DNA of 64,000 nt, taken from Blastocystis sp. Blastoise. Lineage: Eukaryota > Protista > Bigyra: Opalinata. This document shows positions 31,575-53,371 of the stretch, in pieces. Each line of letters begins with the position of its first letter. Within the stretch, counting starts at the first letter, position 1. The notes under the pieces are model-generated. The model ran no database searches. It was not told where the DNA came from and worked only from the letters and a program-made list of their open reading frames with translations. The translations under genes were made by a program, and so were the position numbers. The stretch spans positions 186,001-250,000 of the forward strand of contig JBBPEB010000009.1 of assembly GCA_039096225.1 (NCBI GenBank). The letters run 5' to 3'.

Positions 31575-32147
31575 TTATATATTAATAAACTCTCCTATTT
31601 CTTTGTATAAATTATTCGCTATAAAAAAGAGTATAATAATAATATTAATAATAATACATATACATATATATATATACATTTAGATTTTAATGAAAATACT
31701 TCGAGAAGAGAATGAAGAGAAGAACGAGAATGGAAATGACAAGAAGATAAATCAGGGAAAAAAGAAGTAAAGAAACCTTTTACAAATTCGATGTTTTGAA
31801 ACTGATGCAATATAAGAAACACAGTAATCTGATATTTTTGAGAAGTATATAATGTTTCTGAAGGCGAGCAAGTAATAAGACAATATTTAATATATATATT
31901 ATTTCTTCCTAATGCTAAATAAGCATATATTTCATTAATCAGCGCCTAAATAAAAGTAATAGAAAAATAAGGAGATAAAAATAAATACATTCGTGTCTCT
32001 ACAAGTGCAACAGTTTTCTACAATATAGCTAAACCTCCATGTTTTGGAATGCTGAGTATCTAAAGATTCACGAAACGAATATTTCTCTCTTACTAGCTTA
32101 GAATGATATCCAGAGCATTCATCATCATCATCGTAAACTCTTTTCAT
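31575..32147 (-). CDS. 156-aa, 3-exon protein resembling a degenerate CRESS-DNA-virus Rep (HUH endonuclease/origin-binding) domain
   Basis: Exons 32147-31989, 31945-31678 and 31618-31575 join through GT-AG introns into one ORF. SKTWRFS, IKYCLIT, YQITVFLIL..QNIEFVKGFF, SCHFH and FSLK..NNLYKEIGEF parallel the circovirus Rep layout. Confidence 0.6.
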
Positions 32148-33272
32148 TTTGTATTACAGATTCAGAGAACACAAGCAACTAGAATTTCAAAAAGAGTCAT
32201 AGAATGAACATATTAATATGTATATAGTATATACTAGACTTTTGTAAAGAATTATTGAATATTTATTTACTGTATATACTGTTAATAACTACAAAAAGTA
32301 TGCAAAAAAAATGGAAGAAAAATGAAGCGATTTTTAATTTTTCGTTTTTCTTTCTCTTTGTGCTTTTTTTTGTTTTCTTTATTTATGTACTATTGTAGTT
32401 TTCTCATTTTTCATTATAATAGCATAATCCTATTAGTTTATATATAATATTAGTTGACTTTTAACACTTTAAATTTCCCACCCTTTTTCAACCATTCTGA
32501 AACTGGCTGTTTTTCTTTAACATATTATTTACTTGTTTTTCAACCATACATTTATGTTTTGAATAATTTAGTCATGCTCAGATTGGCTTATGAAAGATAT
32601 ACAGTAAGAAATACATAATAAATCATGAATATCTGGGCTTGTTCTTTAATTAGCCATTTCTATCAACTGGTTTCACAAGTTATATAGATATATTCTTTAT
32701 TGGATTTGTTCCATCTACTCATTGACTATTCAGTTAGCAACGAATAAGACTTCTTCAAAAGAGTTTGTTATTATTTTTGTTGCTATTAGCTAAGTATAAA
32801 GTGTATATTCACTGATTTCATTTATTCTAGTACTAGCTATCTTCTCCAGATATTCAAAAAGTTTCAATTTAACAGTGAGAAAGAAACTAATGAAGTGCTT
32901 GTTATGCGTTGATTATCATATTCTTCTTCAATAAATGATACAAGAATTGAATGGTACCTCAACTAAAATACTGTTAATCCTTTATTCAAAGAATAATCCT
33001 AATTCTGTTATATAATTATCTTATTTTCTTAAAAAAAAGAAATGGTTTTGATCTAAAATGATGATCCAGAAATCGTGATATCCAAAACTATTAGATTTAA
33101 TACCTTTATGTATCCTAAAACAACTAAAAAAGCCATTTCTTCATTTATAAAAGAGGAACTTCTTCGTTTTTATCAAACGTAGATTTGTAATGAAATGATA
33201 TTTTAGATTTGTTAAACGTATCAGTGAACAGAATTATATATATATATAACCTCTGATCAAGCCTTTATTTGA

Positions 33273-35417
33273 ATGAATGGGACAAATCGTATTACTGATT
33301 CACGTCAAAAAGTTAATGGAATTAACCATACTCATAGAGTCTACCCAGAATCTCCAAATATATTCGATATAGAGAATTTGTCGTTACATACGGATTCTAA
33401 CGATGTCATTAACGCAAATGACAACAAACAAAGTAGATTTTTATTCTATGAATAAAAACATTCATTTATATATTTAATATTGTTTATATTATGATATGAA
33501 CTGTTTATTTCTTATTTATCTTTAATATTTATTAGTATATAACGTCATCAATGGAACACAACAACCTATGCAAATCAACTCCTCTTCATCACATTTATTG
33601 TCAATACGTCCTATTCCATATTCAAAACTTGTTCCAATACAAAAACAGAATAATTATGCAAGTCTTAGTCAAGAAATGTCCATTGAAAATGTACCTACAG
33701 AAGATGATTCTTTAATGAATTCAGGATTATTTAGTAGATATACGTATCCTAAACGCAGTATAAGCACTCCTGTGTCTATATCTGAAGATTTAGATACATT
33801 ATCTGTAAGAACTAGTGACGAACAATATGATAATGAAGTAGGAATGAAAAAAGATAAAAAGAATTCACGCGAGAAAGCTAGAAGAATGGCTATTAACTAT
33901 AAATATAAAGAATTATGTTCTACTCTTGGATTAAAAGATGATAAAATGACCAAGGTATTTATTTCAATGAATGTTTATTTGAATTATTTTATATTATAAC
34001 TATCTTTATATTAATTTATATATTATTATTATTTTTATATTATTACTATTTTTATATAAACTATTTTTATATATTATTATAATATTTATATTATAAGATT
34101 TATATATTATTATAATATTTATATTATAAGCTTTTTATTATAACAATTTATATATTATAATAATCTAAACATTATAATATAATTTATTTTATTTACAAAT
34201 TTTTTTATTGAAAACTCACTATTTCATTTCTTTTAGGTACTTATCTTAGATATAGCCATATATGAAATAACGAAACTAAAAGAGAAACTCAATAGAACAA
34301 AAGAAGAATCAAAAACTCTACGTGCCTATATTAGTCAAGTATATATATATGTTATTTAATCATATTATTTGTTTGTATTCATGTATAATACTATATATTA
34401 ATTATTGTCCTACATTCATAGTTATATTATAGAATATGAAAATACCTATTGTAGTCTATATTCTTTATTATTATTTTTATAGTTACTTGACAATCCTAAT
34501 AGTATTTCTCAACCAAATCAGTCCATAAATAATCGCGGGAATATGAATATGATATCTCTTTATGAATCAAATCTCTCTTCTCTACAGAATTCAAATCAAT
34601 ATACAGTATTTTCTCTCTACTTTCTATGTTCTTATTCATATCTCTAATACTATACTATGTATCCTACATATAATTTATCTATTAAATATTTATATATATA
34701 TAGTCAATTAATCCATCTTCTTATCCTTTCAGTTCCATATCACCTCTCAATATATATCCCAATTCTAAAGAGAATGAAAATATAGTCAATAAAGATTCTC
34801 TACTACCTTCATTTCCCGTGAATATCGATACATCTTATGAAGTACGTCCTCCTTCTTCTCCTCCTCCTCTAACTCCCGTTCAATCTATGATACATCCCTG
34901 TTCTTCTTATTCTTATTCTTCTTCTCCTTCTTCAGCTCAATCAATCTCTATTACTGCTTATATGAATCAATATACAAATCAAAATTCGAAAGAACAACCC
35001 AATCAACAGTAAATGGTCTTTATAAATTATAGTTCTCCAATTATAATAATATTTATTTATTTATATTTATTCTTTTGAATACTATACATAACATTATAAA
35101 CTTTATATATATATAGATACTTAGAATCCAATTCTATTCAATCATCACTTCCTATTCAATCTACTCTATATACTAATAATAATAATACAAATAATCAAAC
35201 TCTTATTTCTTCTTCTTCTCCCTCATCTATGACAAGTCTTCAATCTACTACTAATCAAAGTATATGCTCACAAAATACTACTCAACCTTGTCTTCCGAAT
35301 GGAATTCTAAATGATTCCACTCACGTGCAAGATACAATAGTATCTTCAGACGGTGTCTCAACATATATAACGATAGATGACGAACTCTTCTGTCCATTCG
35401 ATCAACTTAACAAGTAA
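33273..35417 (+). CDS. bHLH-zip transcription factor
   Basis: KKDKKNSREKARRMAINYKYKELCSTL...KMTK|VLILDIAIYEITKLKEKL, with S/P/Q-rich flanks. 6 exons. Confidence 0.85.
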
Positions 35418-36171
35418 ATATATTATTAATATTCATTTTGACTTTTGCAAATATATATGTGTGTATATGAATATATTTATTATTCAATTCTATCTATATT
35501 TATCATTTATCTATTTGTTTTTGTTATTATTTATGTGAATACTATATATGTATCATTCAATGCTATCTGTATTTATCATTTATCTATTTGTCTTTGTTAT
35601 TATTCATGTGGATATTATATATTATTATTCAATTATTTGTCATTTTATTTTATAAACATACTTTATCACTTTGTATACTTATTAAACATAGTGTATACTC
35701 TCTCTTTTATTCTAGTTGTGTCTTAGTCAATATTCTTTTCTATTCTTTTTTTCTTGTTTATTCTTCATAGACTCATATTCAATATATATTATTAATTCTA
35801 TCATGTGATATCTTTATTCTTTTCTTTCTTTCTTGTTATCTATTGTTGCTAATAAGAATATTCATACTTATTAGCAAATACTAATTGTGATTCTCGATAT
35901 AATATTTATTATTTATACAATTATTATAGTCATCCGTTTTTTAATTTGTTTTATTATTCATAATAAATACTAGCAACATTTTTTTTTACATATACTAAAA
36001 ATTGAGTTATAGAAAGAGTATTGTTTATAACGATACAATAAATATAAATAAATTAAAAATAAAATTTTATATAAAATGCAATCATTTGGAACAGTAGTTC
36101 AATAAAAATAAATATACATATATTCTTATTCTGATATTCCTTCAATTTTAAAAAACATAAATATAAAAAAA

Positions 36172-39288
<3,117 letters not shown>

Positions 39289-40019
39289 ATTCTACAAAGT
39301 TTTCAACTAAGATGAGATATAATACAATATAAAAATACCGTGTCAATGAAACTAAAAAAATTAAAAAATATTTTTTCAGCAAAATTCAGAAAAATTTGAC
39401 ATTATCATTTATTATCGATAAGTAACGAAATCAAATACAATAATGCATCATTATTTCATATTTTTATTATGTGATTCAACTGTTAAATATATATCATGAT
39501 TTCTGTTTACTATTAAATCGTAATTACTAAGAAACAACTTATCTTCGGTATGGCAAAGAATATATAAGTTATATCTATCATTTAAATAAGAATCATAAAT
39601 GCATTATTATGTATATAAGCATGAAATCGTTATTTACAATGTGTTTTCATTCATTATAGTCTATGCTATTTATTCAGAGTTGATATACATTAGAATTATG
39701 TTTACATGTATCCACAGCACTTGAGAATACATATGCAGTATAAAATATATATTATAAATATATCAATTCAAACAAACAACTAAAAATAAATTTTTCTATT
39801 TCAGAACAAAGATAAAATCAACATATAAAAGAATTATAGCTTGATCAAATACTATATTGAATTATAAATTATATTTTAAAACATAAATGCATATATATAT
39901 TAAATAAATAATAAAAACAATTTTTTTTGCTATAAGAAAACAATAATAATAAAATACAAATAGAATCTTATATTCTGAATGATACAGAAAAGACTTATGA
40001 ATATATTTATTCTAGTTAC

Positions 40020-47270
<7,251 letters not shown>

Positions 47271-47465
47271 GTTATACCGTAAAAAGAAAAAGTACGACAA
47301 ACACAATAAAATGAAGATGTCACAACACAATTCTGCTAAAAAATCAATTTCGCCAAAAATTTTCGGAGTTCGTGTATCTGAAATGTGCTTAGTAAATCTG
47401 AATAATAAATTCATTCAAAAGGTTTTATGGATATATATGATCATTCTTGAGAGCTAATTGTCTCT

Positions 47466-48241
47466 ATGTTTGTCCCATTGTCTAGGTTGATGTATGGAAA
47501 TGTTGTTCACAACGTTTCTCGACTCTTATTATTACGATCATTATCAACAGAAATTTCCAGGTTTGAAAGTAATAGTAGTTCATTACAAAATAAGATCAAC
47601 TTGTTGATACATAAGCAAAAATTAAAATCATGTTTAAGTCAATTTTACATAAAAGAACTAGAATCTTATTCGTCAGATATTAATGATTTGATTGAGTTAT
47701 TCAAGTTAGAAAAAAATAGAAAAGACGTTCAAAATCATTATGAAAGAGAACTGGAAACTATTGAAAACACTTTGAATATGAATATTATAGATATAGCCAG
47801 TCAATGTATTAATTGATTTTATTTTGAAGTTAATGTTATATATTATTATATATTATTATATTTTATTATATTTTATTATATTTATACTATTATATATTAT
47901 ATACTATTATATATATAGACTATATGCTATTATATAATAAAACTATACATAGTTCATATATGTCCTACTCCTCAATTCCGTTTATCTATACATACAGGAA
48001 ATGGTGGGGATGACGCATGTGACTGGAGTTCTATCTTATTAGAGATGTACCTCAAGTTTCTGAGTCATAGAAATTATAAGTATGTTGTATATGATATGAA
48101 TAAAAATGAGAATGGAGGAATCAAATATGCTTCAGTTAATATAGATACACAAAATGTATATTATTATGTTTATTATTATACTTATTATTATTATTATTCT
48201 AAAGGCATATCCGTGGCTCTTTTACGAAACTGGTATATTAT

Positions 48242-48281
<40 letters not shown>

Positions 48282-48979
48282 TATACATCGTTGTATACGT
48301 ATATCTCCCTTCGATAGTGATAAACAGCGACATACCTCCTTTAGTTCTGTTATTATTACACCTATATATAAATCCAAGAGTATTACAATAGTACCATCAG
48401 ATCTACAGGTATATACTTATAGAGCAGGAGGAAAAGGAGGACAATACGTGAATAAAACAGAAAGTGCTGTTCGTATTGTTCATATACCTACAGGAACTGT
48501 AGTTCAAGTATATATATACATATATATTATTATTCTTGAAAATAAATTGCATTCTTATTTATTTATTATTCCTCTAATTATATAATTATAAGTAATAGTA
48601 TTTTACTATTTAAATGTATAGAATGAAGATGAACGAAGTCAATTCTTAAATAAAGAGAAAGCTCTTCAAGTATATATTAAAATAACTATATAATATATAT
48701 ATATATATATTACATATATTCCAATAGATTCTTCAATTAAGGCTTGAAGAGAAGCAAAACAAAGAATATCAACAAATCAAAGAGAGTCAGTATACTATGC
48801 GAGAAATCAATGGATTTGGCACAAATCAAATTCGAACATACGTTTTTCATCCAAATATTTATGTAAAAGATCATCGATTTAATGTAAAGACAAATAATAT
48901 GAATGATCTTCTCAATGGTGATTTAAAACCCTTTTTGTCTGATATTATCAAGCAAGCAATCTTCACAGATCCTGATTAA
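47466..48979 (+). CDS. prfB: Mitochondrial/MRO peptide chain release factor 2
   Basis: SPF anticodon-mimic (IRISPFD..RHTSF), [24 protein letters not shown] and [17 protein letters not shown]-rich presequence. Confidence 0.9.
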
Positions 48980-49414
48980 ATTATTTTTTATCTTTTAATA
49001 TTTATTTGTTTTGCTTCTTAATCATGTTATATGTATAGTCTAGATGATAAAAAACTAAACAAAAGGCAAAAACCTATAAATTTGGTATATAATATACTAA
49101 ATATAAGTAACACATAATTGTCTGTCCTTTCATCACCTATAACTCTATTTTCCCACCTATATTTCAAGTTAAATAAGCTTTAAAAACGATCAACAAAAAA
49201 ATAATTACTGTCTACTTAAAAATTCTTCAATTTTTTATTTAAATAAAGAGATCTTTTATCTTTTCTATCATAAATAAATTTACATCAGGTTTTCCTTTCT
49301 TTAAATGAAGAGAAACAAATTCTGCAAAACAACGGAAACTGACTTTAAAAAAGGAGAAATTTTTTCAATTATTTCTTTTATTACTGCTTTTATATTTAAA
49401 CTTCATCCTTTAAA

Positions 49415-51051
49415 ATGTCTGAATTATTCATAAATCAAGAAAGAAAACAATATCTGCTATCAATCTCTGAACCTCCTAAGGACATTAACTCTTTCACAAC
49501 ATTCATCAATACAATTTATCAGAAAAAACACATTCAGAATGTCCGATGTTTGTTAAATATTAAAAAAATACCTGCATGGAATCACTACTATTTATTGTTT
49601 TTTGAGGAGATATTACCTTGGCTAATTAAAAGAGTTCAATCATTTCTAAAGAAAAATAAATATACAACGATTTCCAGAATATCAGCAAATTCAGATATTA
49701 CTCTTGAACTTGATAAAGATGATGTGTTAGATCTAATGGTTGCTATGACGTTTGGATTATATTCTGATCCTAAACAGTCACAAAACATCGATTTTGAATA
49801 CTTTTTCTTTGAATACTGTGGAACTGTATCATTTTATTCACACTATATATATATATTATTATATATATAGTTTTTATATAATTATATTATAATTTTATTA
49901 TGTTATTATATTATAGAATAATATTATATAATTATATTATATAATTCTATTATATATCTCTATATAGTCTACCCAGAAACTTCTTTGTATCTTAGAGTAT
50001 TTCCATGAAAACATAAATAGGCCTCATTATGGAAAATTTATATTACATCGCTGTTATCTCTCCAATCCATTTACTGAAAATGACTTAAAATACTGTTCTC
50101 AGGAATTCAGTCCTTTTCAGATCTTTTCAACAGGAAAGATAGGAGATCAACCCAATGAAATCAAAGTTGATTTCGCAGATCAATATATATATATATTAAT
50201 TTGTTATTTTTACTATTATTCTTTTTTAATTATATTATTTATGTTTTTATTTAGTATTATTTCGTTTATTTTTTTGTTAGCTTGTCATTCTAAAAATAAT
50301 ATAAATAAATAACTCTTATTATGATTATATATTAATAACTTTTATTAAAATTATAACCCTTATCATAATTATAAGTAGTTCCTATGATATACTATGTTAC
50401 TCTAATAGATATATATATTATGTTGTTTCTATAGATATATAGGAGGTTATGTCTTGACCCACGGGGATTTGCAAGAGGAGATCATGTTTGTAGAGAGTCC
50501 GGAGTGTTTATTATCTGTATTATTCTGTGAAAAGATGGAGAATCGAGAAGCTATTATTATCGAGGGAGCAGATCTATATAGTGATATCATTGGGTATGGA
50601 ACACAATTCCAATTTAATGGACCTATAGGAAAGAATAAGTATATAGGAATAGTAGTTCATTAAATAGAGAAGATATGTTATATTTTTATATCAATCTAAT
50701 AGAATAATTCATCGAATAGAAATGTTTTTTGTTATATATATATTTATTTATATATTTATTTATTTATTTATTAATATATCTATTTATTTATTATTATTAT
50801 TATTATTATATATAGACGACTCAATGATGTGATTATATCTATCGATGCACGTGAATATTATAACGTTACTAATCAGTTTGATTCTAAAGAACTTCTCAGA
50901 GAAATCAATAAAGTGAATATATAAATAATTATATATTATTAACAAATTATCTCTCTTTATTATTATTATTATTATTTATAGGCTTATATTGGTTTTATAT
51001 CTACGTCGTCATTTCCATATCCCATTGGAACCGGTAAATGGGGATGTGGTG

Positions 51052-51089
<38 letters not shown>

Positions 51090-51468
51090 ATTATATATAT
51101 ATAGTTACACATATACATTATAAATTCCCATAAACATAGGCTTTTGGAGGTATCACTTCTTTAAAAGTTATTATTCAATGGATTGCTGCTACTATGGCTA
51201 AAAAACAAATTAACTTCTATACATTTGGGAATCAGAAGGAAGGTAAAGAATTATCTGATTTTATTAACTATGTTCAATCTAACCATATCACTGTTGCTGA
51301 CATTTCTACAAAATATATCCTTATATAACATTATTATTCTGTTCATTACATTGTTTACATAATTATTATCATAAAAGTATCCTTAATAAAATACTATTTG
51401 AGCTTCATACAATCAAAGATAAAAACAAACTCATCAATAATGTGTATCAGTATGTATTATCCAATTAG
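49415..51468 (+). CDS. PARG: Poly(ADP-ribose) glycohydrolase
   Basis: VDFADQYIGGYVLTHGDLQEEIMF, ISIDA, REINKAYIGF and GTGKWGCGAFGG. The model needs one AT-AG intron and one AT-AC intron. Confidence 0.92.
51315..51394 (+). other. U12-type AT-AC intron in PARG
   Basis: 5' ATATCCTTA, branch TCCTTAAT, 3' AATAC. Removal extends the ORF to ...LINNVYQYVLSN*. Confidence 0.88.
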
Positions 51469-52783
51469 TCGTCACTTTAATGTCATTTACAATTTATTAA
51501 TGAATCACTATTCATCTCGTTTTGTTTTGAATCATTATTTCTCATCATATAAATGATAAACCTTAAAAATGGTTCAATTCCACAATAAATATAGTGTTTA
51601 AAATAGATTTTTAAGCCACATTTATATTTAACGATCATATCAAGCATAGAACCACATCTACACTGAATTAAAGAATAAGATGAGATCTCCATGACAATGA
51701 AAATAGGTCATCCTTGATCTCAATCAGTAAATAATGTTATAAAAGCACTGAAAATCCATTATAATCATATTCTATTCAAAGAAACGAACTATTAATTGCA
51801 GAAACGGATACTATTAGTTTTCTATAGCTTCTAGTCACTTTCAAGCTTTAAAAAAATACTATAGTATTCTACATACCAATCTCTACTGATATTAAGAAAA
51901 GAATAGTTTGAGGTGAGATGTTTCCTCCTGAACAACATGATTTTTTTCAAGTGTTTAAAAAAATGTATAAATGTGTTTCTCTAGTCCTCTAAATGATTAT
52001 GAAGAATATATATAAAAGTAATTCACAAAAAAACGTCTATTTTTTAAAAAAGAGTGTTCTTGGTGTCATTATTGAACGTACTTGGTCTTATTATTATTGA
52101 TATACCTTATTCAGGTAAGAGAAGACCTATAAATAGACTAATATATCATAAATAAAGCAATAAAGCCTTTCGAAAAGAAAAAAGAAAAAGGAACGAGCAT
52201 GAAATGGCATAGACTCGTTTTTCGTATGGTTGATCCTATTAAAGCTAGTTTCTCAGAAAAATGGCCCTATTCAAAAGGGTAGAAAAACAAAACCCAGGAA
52301 TATATCGTTGTTTCCCGCGATTGTTTCATCATTTCATTGGTTTGAATAAGAGCCTATTAAATATTTATGTCTCATATGTTATGGATGAATAGTTATCACA
52401 AACATTTCTGGCTTTGGAGAAACTCAAGATGTCATCTTTTTTTTGATCGTCATTTTCTCCTTTTTATTTATCACAATTGGATATATATACAGTTCACCAA
52501 GATATATACATATAAAGAGCATGAGTATCTTCTTCTTTTATGAATGAAAATAGCATTTTAAGATTGATTATTGAAGTGAAATCAGGCAAATCAAAAAACA
52601 GTTTTTATTTTTTATTATTTTTTATCCTATATACAACTAACGTCAATGATATGAGTGATAAAATATGAATTTAAAACGAAATCTATATCGAAAAAAGTAT
52701 CAAATAAATAGAAAGTCCCATGAAAAAACGATTCAGAATTAAAAAAAGGTGGGTAATAATCAAATAAAAATGCGGTATTCGGA

Positions 52784-53151
52784 ATGACGCCTGTAGGGCA
52801 GGGGTCATCAGGCATGACCTCTTTCAGCGGGAAATGGGGAAAAAAAGCGCAAAAAGAGCCAGTTTTTACAAAAAAACACTGAAGAATCAGTCAAAAAATA
52901 ATTAAAAAATCACTAAAAAAATAAAAAAACAAGTATAATTTTCTTAAAAACCGTCGGTATTTTTTCAAAGACATTGTTTTTGAGCTTATCTTGACGTGCT
53001 ACACAAAACCGAACTATTTTCAAGTGAAAAAAATAAATAATCAGAGAGAAAATGTAAAATAATCGTTTAAGCGCAAAAAAAGCATCAATAAGCGCACTTT
53101 GCGCTAAAAGCGCAGTTTTGGCACACCCTGCTGTAGGGTGAGGTTCGTCAG
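52784..53151 (+). promoter_or_regulatory. Candidate cis-regulatory cluster upstream of GSIII
   Basis: 21-bp imperfect direct repeat at 52791 and 53131 (16/21 identical), five AGCGCA sites, and near-palindrome CACCCTGCTGTAGGGTG in AT-rich intergenic DNA. Confidence 0.45.
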
Positions 53152-53371
53152 AACAACAATGATACTATAACCAATAGAATCCTAGAAAAGATTCAGAAAA
53201 GTAGTTTAATTTGAAAAGACGAGACCAGCCAATGGTTCGTCACCATCTTAATCAGAATGACAAAGCTGTCGTTTCTGTGGTTAAATTCGATGTAGAAAAA
53301 ATAATGACAAGAGTTTTCGTTGCATAATATTTTTAATATTAGCCAAAAGTTTTTTCTAGTTATCAATAACA

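Noticed and set aside
32149-32158. TTGTATTAC beside the Rep-like gene as a CRESS origin nonanucleotide
   Set aside because: It mismatches NANTATTAC, has no flanking stem, and such words arise by chance in AT-rich DNA.
52170-52330. Small hairpins in the PARG-GSIII intergenic region as a snoRNA or riboswitch
   Set aside because: Short stems only, with no convincing C/D, H/ACA or glnA-riboswitch consensus by eye.
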